From NCBI GenBank assembly GCA_047601445.1, contig JASGJH010000001.1, forward strand, positions 3,328,001-3,392,000: a stretch of DNA of 64,000 nt, written 5' to 3'. A model generated the notes under the pieces. The model was given only the letters and a program-made list of their open reading frames with translations. It ran no database searches and had not been told where the DNA came from. Numbering within the stretch: the stretch's first letter is position 1; every line of letters begins with the position of its first letter. The translations under genes were made by a program, and so were the position numbers. The stretch is from Myxococcales bacterium (GTDB lineage Bacteria; Myxococcota_A; Polyangia; Polyangiales; DASUME01). This document shows positions 1 to 9,631 of this stretch, piece after piece.

Positions 1-1488
1 GAGGAAGCGCTGGTCCTGGAGCAGTTGGCTGGCCGCCACCCACGAACCGTCCTGCGCCAGCATGTCGAGCTCCGCCGGATAGGTGAGCGGTTCCTGGACC
101 AACCAACCGAATCCGAGCACCAGTGTGGGCGCGCGCGAGAGCACGTAATCGGTGTCGCCGCGCTCATGTCCACTGACGCCTCCGCGGATGCGCTTGGAGC
201 GCGCGATGTGCTTGTCGGCCAGCCCGACCAGGTCGAGGATGCGACGGCGCGAGACGTAGGCGATGGCCCCGATGCCCGTGGTCGCGATGGTCCCCTTGGG
301 AGCCTGCGCCAGCAGCGCCCCAATCTCGGCGGACTGGGCCGCATAGCCGACGCCGTACTCCAAGAACATGGGGAACTCGCCGACCGCGGCGGAGCGATGA
401 CCGAAGTAGCTCCAGGGCCACTGCAGCGCGAGCGCGAGCGCGGCTGCGAGCACCCAGCTGCGCCGTGCGCGCATGAGATGAACCGCATAGGCAGCCAACG
501 CGCAGACCAGGGGCAAGACCGGCAACGCGAGGCGCGTGAACCAGAAGTGATCGCCGCCCGTCCACAGAACCCCGAGCAGATACGTGCCCGTGATGGCCGC
601 CAGCCGCAGCACCGTGCCGGCCTGGTCACGCGCCTCTCCAGTCCGCAGGAGAGCGCGCAGCGAGACCAGCACGACACCCAGTGCGAGCAGACAGACCGCG
701 GGATGAAAGGCCACGAAACGCGCCACGTAGCCAGCGCCGCGCGATAGACGCAGCAAGGTGTCGTCGTTGACCTTCGCGTAATACGTGTTCGGCAGCCATT
801 CGCCGAAGTAGGCATGGCGCGCGAGAAACAAGCCGGCGACCGGCACGAGGAAGCTCACACCGTAAGCGACCAAGGCCCGCAGCTTGGCGCGCATGGTATC
901 GAGCCCCAGCGCGGCGACCAGCGCGAGCACGGGGATCACGACGAGCGCTTCGGGACGAGTAAAGAAGAGCAGCGCTCCCGTCACCCCGCCGAGGGCCGCT
1001 TGCCGAGGCGATCGCGATACGACTGCGCAGTAGGCCGCGAGCCCAACGGAGGCGATCGCGAGCGGTGTTTCCATGCCGCTCCCCACCCAGGCCACGAAGC
1101 CCGCCAAGGTGCCGAGCAGGACTGGTGCGAGCCAGGCGCCGAAGCTACCTGCCAGCAAATTGCCCAACAAGGCTGCCGCGATGCACGCCAGCACACCCGA
1201 CGTGACGCTGACGAGCTCCAAAGACAGGCGGTCCGGAATGCCGAGCCGCATCAAGGCAGCCACGCACAGCGTCCAAGCCGGCGAGGTGGAGACCTCCACG
1301 CGTTCCCCGACGTTGAAAACGGGCCCGTTGCCCTCCGCCAAATTGCGGGCGACGTGCATGTGGATATAGGCATCGTCCAGGGGTCCGAGCGCGACGACGC
1401 TGCGGTGCAGCAAGTACACGACCACGGGAACGAAGGCGGCCAGCAGCAGCTGATGGCGCTTCAAGCCTGCGGGTAATACGGACGTCAT
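1..1488 (-). CDS. GT-C-type polytopic membrane glycosyltransferase (AftB-like), 3' end outside window
   Basis: Not in ORF track (no stop in window). Manual translation from ATG 1488 gives MTSVLPAG...LDDAYIHMHVARNLAEGNGPVFNVGERVEVSTSPAW and later YFGEWLPNTYYAKV, hallmark motifs of this family, with many hydrophobic segments. Confidence 0.75.
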   Translation of the reverse strand, partial: MTSVLPAGLKRHQLLLAAFVPVVVYLLHRSVVALGPLDDAYIHMHVARNLAEGNGPVFNVGERVEVSTSPAWTLCVAALMRLGIPDRLSLELVSVTSGVLACIAAALLGNLLAGSFGAWLAPVLLGTLAGFVAWVGSGMETPLAIASVGLAAYCAVVSRSPRQAALGGVTGALLFFTRPEALVVIPVLALVAALGLDTMRAKLRALVAYGVSFLVPVAGLFLARHAYFGEWLPNTYYAKVNDDTLLRLSRGAGYVARFVAFHPAVCLLALGVVLVSLRALLRTGEARDQAGTVLRLAAITGTYLLGVLWTGGDHFWFTRLALPVLPLVCALAAYAVHLMRARRSWVLAAALALALQWPWSYFGHRSAAVGEFPMFLEYGVGYAAQSAEIGALLAQAPKGTIATTGIGAIAYVSRRRILDLVGLADKHIARSKRIRGGVSGHERGDTDYVLSRAPTLVLGFGWLVQEPLTYPAELDMLAQDGSWVAASQLLQDQRFL

Positions 1489-1562
1489 CCGTCGAGCTCC
1501 TACCGAGCAATGCAGTACGGCAACTGACTTGTGGCCGAACTTCGCGGCAGTATGATACGCGC

Positions 1563-2600
1563 GTGCGTGCTTGGCTGCGTCCTGCCCTTACTTTCTGCGC
1601 CTCAGTCATCACTATTCTGAGTGTCGACCACGTGTTCGGGACGTTCGTTCCGAAGGTCGAGCGCGAATACGAGACCGCGGACGGCATCGCAGCCTTCGAA
1701 GAGCAGCCACCTCACGTCTTACTACTCGGCTCGAGCTACGTGCGCTCGTTTGGCCCGGTGGTCGAGGCCGTCGCGCGCGAGCACCCGGGCCGCACGCTGT
1801 CCATGGTGCCCATCGAGGGCGGACGTTTCCTGTCTTACCAGTGGTTGCTCGAACACCGGATTGGGCCGCTCATCGATCAGAATAAGGAGCGAGCAGACGC
1901 ACCTCGTCTCGAGCGCATCGTCCTCGTGACGAACCTGTGGGACGCCTGCGGTGACGACGACTATCCGAACTTGCCAGCACGTGCGTGGACGCTCGGAGAC
2001 TACGTTTCCGACCTGTTCGAGCATGGTGTGACCGCGTACAACAGTAACTACGTCGACTGGCACGTGAGTGAAGCCACACGCTGGTCGGTCCTGGCGCAGG
2101 ACCGAGGCGTGCACCGGATTCCTCAAGCCGTTCGTCGCGCTATCTCACCCAAGCAAACCGAGACGCTGGCCGAGGATAAAGAGACGCGGGTCCAAGGCTC
2201 GATCGACATCATCGCGGAGTGCGACCTCGAGGGGCCCAAGTGCGACTCGCGGGTCCAGCTCGCGGCGCTGCAGGGCATCGCGGACTTCGCGCGCGCTCGC
2301 CAGCTTCCGTTGACCGTCGTGCTGTGGCCGACCATGCCCATCACCATGGCCGACAAGTCTCGGCGCGCCGTCGATCACTTCCGCGCGAAGATTCAGGAGC
2401 TCGCGCCCAGCCTGCACGCCGAAGTGTTCGACTGGAGCTATGCGAGCCCGCTGGTGGATGCCGATTTTCGCCCCGACTACGACCACTTGGAGCCGTGGGG
2501 TGACGAGAAGTTCGGCCGTTGGGCGATGCAGGGACCGCTGGCGAGCCAGCTGCGTAGCGAGCCCGAGCTCAGCCAGGGACAGCTGCCGGCCGCTCCGTGA
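1563..2600 (+). CDS. Membrane-anchored SGNH-hydrolase-like protein (possible glycan O-acylation partner)
   Basis: N-terminal TM, LLLGSS block-I-like motif, C-terminal DYDH (DxxH). Confidence 0.55.
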   Translation: MRAWLRPALTFCASVITILSVDHVFGTFVPKVEREYETADGIAAFEEQPPHVLLLGSSYVRSFGPVVEAVAREHPGRTLSMVPIEGGRFLSYQWLLEHRIGPLIDQNKERADAPRLERIVLVTNLWDACGDDDYPNLPARAWTLGDYVSDLFEHGVTAYNSNYVDWHVSEATRWSVLAQDRGVHRIPQAVRRAISPKQTETLAEDKETRVQGSIDIIAECDLEGPKCDSRVQLAALQGIADFARARQLPLTVVLWPTMPITMADKSRRAVDHFRAKIQELAPSLHAEVFDWSYASPLVDADFRPDYDHLEPWGDEKFGRWAMQGPLASQLRSEPELSQGQLPAAP

Positions 2601-2601
2601 G

Positions 2602-3045
2602 TCACACCCAGAGCGCCAGCCGAGCGACCCACACGAGCAGCACCGCAATGGCGAAGTAGAGCGAAAGACGATCGGCTTGCAGTCGCTCGATGGCAGCCAT
2701 CACGGAGAGCCCTCGCGTCATGGCGTAGAGCGCGCCCGGAACGGCCAGGCAGGTCGCGACGAAGAGAAACGGGGCGAGCGGGTGAGCGCGAAATGCGGCG
2801 AGCACGTCACCGTCGGCCAAGTGAGCGAACGACGTAGTCATTCCGCAAGCGGGGCACGGCACGCCGAGCCAGGCGAGCATGCCGCACGGAGGCAAGCCCA
2901 GCTGTTCGTGGGTGCCGACTCCGCTGGGGGACGGCGTGAGCCAACGCGCAGCCGCCAGTACCGAGAGCGACGAGAGTAGCGCTGCCAGCCACGCCACACG
3001 ATCCCACGCGCTGGCCCAGGAAGACGGCTGCGCGGGGCGGCCCAT
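2602..3045 (-). CDS. DUF2752 family membrane protein
   Basis: PC...PCPACGMTTSF motif flanked by TM helices. Confidence 0.8.
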   Translation of the reverse strand: MGRPAQPSSWASAWDRVAWLAALLSSLSVLAAARWLTPSPSGVGTHEQLGLPPCGMLAWLGVPCPACGMTTSFAHLADGDVLAAFRAHPLAPFLFVATCLAVPGALYAMTRGLSVMAAIERLQADRLSLYFAIAVLLVWVARLALWV

Positions 3046-4106
3046 CAGAGCGCTTTCTGCACGCGTTCCCAGGCCTCTGACTGACGCGCCAGTTCGACCA
3101 CCGTGATAGCTTCCGCCGCCGCGCGGTCAGTGCGCACCCGGGCGCGCACCAGCCGCTCGGTAATCGACTTGGCGAGCGTATACACGGTGGCGAGTTCGCG
3201 CCGTCCCGCGTGGAACGACCCCATGGAAAACACCCAGTCCATCGACCACAGGAGATCGGCCAACCAGTCGCGCAGGACCTCCTCCGAGCCGCGCTTCTTG
3301 CTGCGCGCCTCGGCCCGGTCGAAGGCAGCGCTCCAGGGCCGCGCCCCGAGCTCGAGCGAACTGCCGCCGTCTCTGGCATCGATGGCGTTGGCCATCCACA
3401 CCATGGCCTCGCCATAGGCGGTACCGTCCTGCTCCTGTCGCATGAGCTTGCTGATCTCCGACCAGCGCTCGCCGTCCAGCTTGCCGAAAGGCTTGGCGTC
3501 CAGGGCGCGTACCGGGTCGACGTCGGTGGACGTCAGGAGGGGAAACAGCATGCGCTCGATTTCCAGGAAGCGTGCGAAGCCCACGTAGCGACCGGCCCCG
3601 AGCGGAATGCGGGGCCCGACCCGACCGTTCGGAGACAGGCGCCCGGCCGCGTCGAGCAGGGACGGCAGCGCGTTCTCGGGGGTGATGGCGGGACGCTCCC
3701 CCATGCTCCGGCAGGGGCAGCGGTGCTCGGTCGTGACCCGTCCCCCTTCGGGGGTCGCCACGAGCCCAAAAGGAAAACGGGCGCACCCCACCGGCTTGGC
3801 CTGCGCACCATGTCGCGCGTGGAGCTCACAGCCCCGCTGCGACCGAAGGACGCAAGCACCGCTCTCCTGAGTCCGAAACACGGGGGCCATCAGGTCCTTG
3901 TGGCGGACCAGGGAGCCCGGCTCGAGCAGCTCGACCTCCTGCTTTTCCTTGCGGGTCACCGGCCCGAGCGCATGGATGTCGGTGCAGCACAGGCCGTCGC
4001 CGAAACAATCGAATGCGGCGCCGGGCCGGACGAGCAGGGGCCGCGAACGCGGGTCTTTGGACAGGTTGGTGGACGCAGGCAGAGTAGGAGTGGGTTCGAC
4101 AGCCAC
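3045..4106 (-). CDS. YkgJ/CxxCxxCC-like Cys-cluster protein
   Basis: FDCFGDGLCC, CVL..GCELH..G..AKPVGCARFPF and CPC motifs. Start chosen at GTG 4106 (uncertain). Confidence 0.65.
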   Translation of the reverse strand: MAVEPTPTLPASTNLSKDPRSRPLLVRPGAAFDCFGDGLCCTDIHALGPVTRKEKQEVELLEPGSLVRHKDLMAPVFRTQESGACVLRSQRGCELHARHGAQAKPVGCARFPFGLVATPEGGRVTTEHRCPCRSMGERPAITPENALPSLLDAAGRLSPNGRVGPRIPLGAGRYVGFARFLEIERMLFPLLTSTDVDPVRALDAKPFGKLDGERWSEISKLMRQEQDGTAYGEAMVWMANAIDARDGGSSLELGARPWSAAFDRAEARSKKRGSEEVLRDWLADLLWSMDWVFSMGSFHAGRRELATVYTLAKSITERLVRARVRTDRAAAEAITVVELARQSEAWERVQKAL

Positions 4107-4222
4107 GCAGCGTGCTCTACACGAGCGGGGTGGCCGCGTAAAGGCCGCCTGGCCCCGGCTTCGCGCTCGATAACGTGTACGCCCCTCCCGGAGGCGTGTT
4201 ACCGTGATGGCTTCCTGCCGCC

Positions 4223-4798
4223 ATGGCTTTTCGCGCACCCCTACTCGGCTACAACACGAATGTCCGTCACAAGGGCAAGCTCTATCACATTCAGACCGAG
4301 GACTCGGGCGTAGGCCATCCGCACATCATCACGCATCTGTTCGCCGATGGCGGACGCATCGTGGCATCCAAGAAGACCAGCTACACCGAGCACGTCGGCA
4401 GCCAGGCCATGCAGGACACGGTGAAGAAGCTGATGCAGGCCCAGCACAAGGCCATGTTCATCGCGCTTCGCGACGGGGTCTACGACGAGGGCGGTCCCAA
4501 CGACGCCGCGCGCGATCAGACTGGCACCCATAGCCTGGTCAACATGCCACCGGTCCCTGCGGACCCGGCCACGCTCGTGAGCCCTGCCTCGGCCAAGGCC
4601 GCCGAGGGCGATCGTCAGTCCCTGTACCAGGGCACCCGCGCGGCGGCGAAGATCAGCGAGACCCCGACCCCGCCCAAGGCACCTCCTTCGTCGCGCGCTC
4701 CGCGCTCCATCTTCGGCGGCGATCTGCTCAGCGAGAAGAGCCTCGACGAGGTGATCCTCTCGTACCTCGCTACCGACGAGCCCGAGCCCAAGCGCTGA
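4223..4798 (+). CDS. Conserved myxobacterial protein, possibly a RomY-like polarity factor
   Basis: Conserved-looking N-domain GYNTNVRHKGKLYHIQTEDSG..HIITHLF, low-complexity linker, C-terminal SEKSLDEVILSYL motif. RomY assignment from memory only. Confidence 0.55.
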   Translation: MAFRAPLLGYNTNVRHKGKLYHIQTEDSGVGHPHIITHLFADGGRIVASKKTSYTEHVGSQAMQDTVKKLMQAQHKAMFIALRDGVYDEGGPNDAARDQTGTHSLVNMPPVPADPATLVSPASAKAAEGDRQSLYQGTRAAAKISETPTPPKAPPSSRAPRSIFGGDLLSEKSLDEVILSYLATDEPEPKR

Positions 4799-4951
4799 CG
4801 CGTCGCCCTCGAGGGCGCCGCCGGGTCAGGCCAAGATCTGCTGCAACTCGCTCGCTAGCAGGCTGCTGGGCCGCCGTTCGAGGCACGCGGGGCCACGTTT
4901 GACACGTGTGGTAGTGGGGTCTATCGTGCGCGACCCCAGAGGAGTTTCGCG

Positions 4952-5209
4952 ATGAGCTTCAAGAAGAGCGTGCTGAGCCAGGGTATGAAACTGATGCAGG
5001 ACCCGCGGATCATGAAGGTCCTGCAGGACCCGCGCGTGATGCAGGTCATGGCCAAGGGCTTCGAGCTCAAGGGCAAGGTTCAGCAGGACTTCGACACCCG
5101 CGTCGAGAAGATGGCGGACTCCCTGAACCTGGCGACCAAGGCCGAGGTTCGCGAGCTCAAGCGCACCATCCGCAAGCTCGAGCGCGACCTCAGCAAGAAG
5201 TCCGGCTGA
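4952..5209 (+). CDS. Small coiled-coil protein, phasin-like C-terminus
   Basis: GAGGAG SD upstream; C-terminal LNLATKAEVRELKRTIRKLE. Confidence 0.6.
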   Translation: MSFKKSVLSQGMKLMQDPRIMKVLQDPRVMQVMAKGFELKGKVQQDFDTRVEKMADSLNLATKAEVRELKRTIRKLERDLSKKSG

Positions 5210-5287
5210 GCGCGGACGACTCCGGTGGCTGGGCGCCGCCGCATTGCTGGGTCCACTCCCCGGGCCAACTGAAACCGGCTTCGACGA

Positions 5288-6385
5288 CTAGCGCGGCGGT
5301 GGCGCGATGCTGGAGTTGCGCAACGGCTGTTCGAGGCGCTCCACGCGCGCGTTCAGCCACGTGCGTACCAGCGGCCAAACCGTGAAGGGCGCGTCGCGGC
5401 CGATGATCATATCGATGTGCCCCATCGGGAACTCGCGATAGGTCTTGTCGGGAGATTTGCTGCGCTCGAACACGGGCCGCACCGACTCCGGAGGCGCCAG
5501 CGCGTCTCGGCTGCCGGCGATCACCAACAGGGGCTTGTCACCGAGCTCGAACGCCAGGCCGTAGTCGACCAGGCCGTCGTGGCTCTTGAGCGCGTTCTCC
5601 GCGCCCATGCTCACGATACCCAGCGCGATGCCCATGCGGGTGTGCTCGAAAGCGGCGGCCAGGTTCTCCTCGAGAATCTCGGGCTCGATGCTGCCTGGTG
5701 CCCACGGGCGCAGGGGCAGCGGGATGTGACGCATGTCCCAGAACCGGCGGTTCTTGCGCATGTGGGCGCCGATGAGCTTGAGCGGGATCGGCGGATCGCC
5801 GTCGAAGATGCCTGTCAGGCGCACCCCGTAGAAGAGCGGCGCGACCACCCGCAGGAACACCGATCCTTCGCCGAAACGGTAGGGCGAGCCGATGGAGATG
5901 ACGCCACCCACCTGTTCGCGCATGCCGCTGCCGGCGACGCAATAGCTGATCAGCCCGCCCATGGAGTGACCGATCAAGAACACCTGCGAATGGCCGGACA
6001 GCCTCAATACGCTGTGGATGGCGGCCGGTAGGTCGTCTCGGATGTAGTCGTCGAGGCCGGTGTCGTGCAGGGCCCCGAAGCGTCGCGAGCGCCCGCGCCC
6101 CCGCAGGTCCAGGTTGAACACGTCGTAGCCGGCGTTCGCCAGGTAGTTCACGAAGGAACGCGGCTTGGTATGCCAGGTGTAGCGATTCTGACCGAAGCCA
6201 TGCACCAGGAGCACGGCAGCCTTGGTGGAGGTGCGGTAGCCGGCCGCCGCCGTGGGGTTGGCGAGACGCTTCCTCACCATGGCGATCGGATGGGAGCCTT
6301 CGCGGGTCGCGATGACGTCCTTGACGAAGCGCGCGCGCACGCCGGCGTCGATGTATTGCTCCACGATCTCCGTCTGGAGGATCAT
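5288..6385 (-). CDS. Alpha/beta hydrolase (lipase/PhaC-like fold)
   Basis: LLVHGFG, DLRGRG, GHSMGG nucleophile elbow, GSRD, GHIDMIIG. Start at ATG 6385 inferred. Confidence 0.8.
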   Translation of the reverse strand: MILQTEIVEQYIDAGVRARFVKDVIATREGSHPIAMVRKRLANPTAAAGYRTSTKAAVLLVHGFGQNRYTWHTKPRSFVNYLANAGYDVFNLDLRGRGRSRRFGALHDTGLDDYIRDDLPAAIHSVLRLSGHSQVFLIGHSMGGLISYCVAGSGMREQVGGVISIGSPYRFGEGSVFLRVVAPLFYGVRLTGIFDGDPPIPLKLIGAHMRKNRRFWDMRHIPLPLRPWAPGSIEPEILEENLAAAFEHTRMGIALGIVSMGAENALKSHDGLVDYGLAFELGDKPLLVIAGSRDALAPPESVRPVFERSKSPDKTYREFPMGHIDMIIGRDAPFTVWPLVRTWLNARVERLEQPLRNSSIAPPPR

Positions 6386-6449
6386 GTCGCTAAGGGTAGC
6401 AGTCTCGGCGGACTCACCGAGCAGTTTCGGTATCGGGTACAATCGAGGC

Positions 6450-7094
6450 GTGACGCCCTCGCACCGGTCCCGCGCGCTCGCGCTCGCCATGCTCTGCAGC
6501 CTGGCCGGGGCAGCGTCTGCGCGAGCTCAAGATGCCGTGGAAAGCCAGATACGAGAGATGCTGGCCATGGGCGTGGAATCGAGCCTGCCTCCGGCGGCGT
6601 ACGCGGCCCTGGGAGCCTCCGGGACGCGCGCGCTGATCAGCGTGTTCGAGCGAACGGATGCCCCCCGTCATGTTCGCTTGCGTGCCCTCGGGGTGCTTTC
6701 GGCGCTCGATGACGAACGAGCCAGCGAGTACCTCGCGCGGTTGGTGGAGCTGCGCTCTTCGGCGCAGATGGAGGGGCTGGGGAACTTGCACCCGCTGCGC
6801 TCGCCGAGCGTGTTGCGCCGCGCGCTCCAGGGGTTGACTCGACACCCGGGCAAGGTCGACGCCAGCCGCGTGATGCCGCACCTCGCCCATCGCGACGCCA
6901 CCGTGCGCGCGGCCGCTGTGCGTTTGCTCGCGAGCAAGCCCGAACCGTCGGTCACGCGAGCGCTGATGGGACAGCGCGAGCGGGAGCGTTCGCGCGAAGT
7001 GCTCGGAGCCCTCGAGATCGCCCTCAAAGATCGATCTGCTCTACCCGCAAGCCCTCCACCGGACGCCCCAGGAAGCGGCTCGCCACCTCGCTGA
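6450..7094 (+). CDS. Exported HEAT-repeat protein
   Basis: Signal peptide ending ARA-Q; HEAT-like VRLRALGVL and HRDATVRAAAVRLL. Confidence 0.6.
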   Translation: MTPSHRSRALALAMLCSLAGAASARAQDAVESQIREMLAMGVESSLPPAAYAALGASGTRALISVFERTDAPRHVRLRALGVLSALDDERASEYLARLVELRSSAQMEGLGNLHPLRSPSVLRRALQGLTRHPGKVDASRVMPHLAHRDATVRAAAVRLLASKPEPSVTRALMGQRERERSREVLGALEIALKDRSALPASPPPDAPGSGSPPR

Positions 7095-7854
7095 AGCGGC
7101 CCGGCATGTCCGTCACGAACATGGCCAGCTCGCCCTGGGCCGGCCGCTCGGGGCTCGTATTGGCCGCGAGTCCCCGTTCTTCCAACAAGTGTTGGAGTTC
7201 CTGGGCGGCCGCCTCGGCGCTGTCGACGATCTTGGTGTCAGGGCCGCAGAGCAGCTTGGCGCGCTCGTCGATGAGCGGGCGGAACAACGGGTAGTGCGTG
7301 CAGCCGAGGACGATGCTGTCCACCTGATGCCGTGCCAGCTGCCCGAGGTAACGGTCGATCACCAGCCCCGGGACCTCTCCCTCGACCCAACCTTCCTCGG
7401 CCAAGGGGACCAGGAGGGGCGCCGGCAGCGCGAACACCTCGCTGCGCGAATCGACGCTCGAGACGGCGCGGGGATAGGCCCCGGAGAGCACCGTTCCCCC
7501 GGTGGCGATGACGCCGATGCGCCCACTCTGGCTGGCCGAGACCGCGGCTCGCGCCCCCGGCTCGATGACGCCGAGCACGGGGATATCGAGCTCGACCCGC
7601 AACATGTCGAGGGCCACCGCGCTGACTGTGTTGCAGGCTACGACCAGCATCTTTATGCCGCGCCGCTGCAGGTGGCGTGCACAACTACGGGCATAGCGGA
7701 GCACGGTCTGGGAGCTGCGGGTGCCGTAAGGAACACGTGCAGTATCACCCAGGTAGACGAGATGTTCGTGGGGCAGGAGGTCGTAGATGGCACGGGTCAC
7801 GGTCAGGCCCCCCAGGCCCGAGTCGAAGATGCCGATCGGTGCGTCGCGGTCCAA
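7024..7854 (-). CDS. murI: Glutamate racemase
   Basis: PIGIFDSGLGGLTV, GDTARVPYG, VVACNT, VLGCTHYP. Start TTG 7854 inferred from GGGGAG SD. Confidence 0.95.
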   Translation of the reverse strand: MDRDAPIGIFDSGLGGLTVTRAIYDLLPHEHLVYLGDTARVPYGTRSSQTVLRYARSCARHLQRRGIKMLVVACNTVSAVALDMLRVELDIPVLGVIEPGARAAVSASQSGRIGVIATGGTVLSGAYPRAVSSVDSRSEVFALPAPLLVPLAEEGWVEGEVPGLVIDRYLGQLARHQVDSIVLGCTHYPLFRPLIDERAKLLCGPDTKIVDSAEAAAQELQHLLEERGLAANTSPERPAQGELAMFVTDMPGRFSEVASRFLGRPVEGLRVEQIDL

Positions 7855-7936
7855 TTCTGCCCACTCCCCAGGGTGTGTGATAGCGTAGGCCCCTCTATTC
7901 AGGCCCGGCGCTGATAGAATCTCGAATGTAGCGCGG

Positions 7937-9604
7937 ATGGATGAACCTGCCCCCATACTGCTCGTTGCAGAAGCCGACGCATCGTCGCGGCCCCTGCGCC
8001 AGATCATCGAAGGACGCGGTCTCACGGTGGTCGGGTTCGAGCGTGCATCCCAGGTGCTCGAGCGCTTCCTGAAGCCCGCTGCGGCCATCGTGGCCGCGGT
8101 CGACCGCCGGACCGCCCCCGAGCTCGCCGCACTGCGCAGCCACGAGCTCTATCGCGACACCCCCCTCCTGCTGGTGTGGAACGAGAATCACACCGAGGCC
8201 CTGGCCTTGATGCACGCCTTGTCGGCCGAGGAGTTCGTGAGCGCCGGCAGCGCGGAGCTCGAGCTGGGGCCGCGCCTGGGCAAGCTGTTGCGCGCCGATC
8301 GCATGCGCAGGGAGCTCGTGCGCAAGCAGCGCGATGCCCAGCTCGCGAGCGAGCTCACGCGCACGCTGGCCTCCGCCGTGGACTTCCACGACATCCTCTT
8401 CACCGTGGTGCGCCGCATCGCCGAAGTGGTGCAGATCGATCGCGTCTCGGTGGTGCTCACGCCGCACGACGAGCCGGACCTGGGGTACGTCATCGCAGCC
8501 AGCGACGATCACGGGGTCGTGAACCTCAAGCTGAGCCTCGCCAAGTATCCGGAGATTCAGCAGGTCCTGCAGACCAAGGACGTGCTCACCATCAACGACG
8601 TGGCGACGCACCCGGTGCTCGACGGCGTGCGCGCCAGCGTGGCAGCGGTATCGGCGCTGTCGTTGATCCCCATCCGCTGGCAAGACCACGTGATCGGCGT
8701 GCTGTTCCTGCGCACGCTCGATCCGAACCACAAGCTCAGTCGCGATCAGCTAGAAGTCTGCACCATCATCGCCAACGCCACGGGCGCGGCCCTGCGCAAC
8801 GCGCATCTGATGCAGAAGCTTCGCCACGACCACCGTGAAGCGCAAGCCGCGCAAAACCAGGCCGAAGAGGCCGCCGAAAAGGAGCGCACCCTCGCGCTCG
8901 AGCTGCGCAAGAGCAGGGACTTCCTGGAGTCGCTCATCGAAGCCAGCGTCGACGCCATCGTGGCCGCAGACCTCAACGGCACCATCATCCTCTACAACAA
9001 GGGCGCCGAGCGCATCTACGGGTACAAGGCCGAGGACGTGCTGGGCAAGCTGCCGGTGACGCGGCTGTATCCCGAGGGCGTGGCCAAGGAAGTCATGCGC
9101 CGCATCCGCTCCCACGAATACGGCGGCACGGGCCGTCTCGAGGGCATGCACAGCGCGGCGGTGGACAAGGATGGGAATCTGATCCCCATCTCCCTGTCGG
9201 CGGCGATGATCTACGAGCACGGAAAGCCCAAGGCCACGGTCGGGATCTTCATGGATCTGCGGGAGCGCTTGCAGGTGGAGGAACGCCTCGCGCAGGTCCA
9301 GAAAAAGCTCGAAGTGAGCGAGAAGCAGGCTTTGTTGGCGGAGCTCGCGGGCACGGCCGCGCACGAGCTCAACCAGCCCCTGACCAGCGTGATGGGCTAT
9401 GGCGAGCTGCTGATTCGCAGACTCGCCCCCGGTACTCCCGAGCGAAACGCGGCCCAAGTGATCATGCAGGAGGCCGAACGCATGGCCAACCTGGTGCGCA
9501 AGATCGGCAAGATCACGCGCTACGAAACCAAGTCTTACGTGGGCGAGCAGAAAATCCTGGACCTCGATCGCGCCGTCGACGAGGAGCCCGAGTCCGAGCG
9601 CTGA
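7937..9604 (+). CDS. Degenerate REC-GAF-PAS-HisKA protein lacking the HATPase domain
   Basis: GAF, PAS (YNKGAERIYGY), H-box AAHELNQPL; protein ends about 80 aa after the His with no N/G1/F/G2 boxes. Confidence 0.8.
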   Translation: MDEPAPILLVAEADASSRPLRQIIEGRGLTVVGFERASQVLERFLKPAAAIVAAVDRRTAPELAALRSHELYRDTPLLLVWNENHTEALALMHALSAEEFVSAGSAELELGPRLGKLLRADRMRRELVRKQRDAQLASELTRTLASAVDFHDILFTVVRRIAEVVQIDRVSVVLTPHDEPDLGYVIAASDDHGVVNLKLSLAKYPEIQQVLQTKDVLTINDVATHPVLDGVRASVAAVSALSLIPIRWQDHVIGVLFLRTLDPNHKLSRDQLEVCTIIANATGAALRNAHLMQKLRHDHREAQAAQNQAEEAAEKERTLALELRKSRDFLESLIEASVDAIVAADLNGTIILYNKGAERIYGYKAEDVLGKLPVTRLYPEGVAKEVMRRIRSHEYGGTGRLEGMHSAAVDKDGNLIPISLSAAMIYEHGKPKATVGIFMDLRERLQVEERLAQVQKKLEVSEKQALLAELAGTAAHELNQPLTSVMGYGELLIRRLAPGTPERNAAQVIMQEAERMANLVRKIGKITRYETKSYVGEQKILDLDRAVDEEPESER

Positions 9605-9631
9605 CGCTCTTGAGCCGATGAGAGTGGCCCT

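Noticed and set aside
4952..6385. PHA synthase/phasin locus
   Set aside because: The hydrolase has GHSMGG (Ser) rather than the PhaC Cys box, and the phasin similarity is only a short coiled coil.
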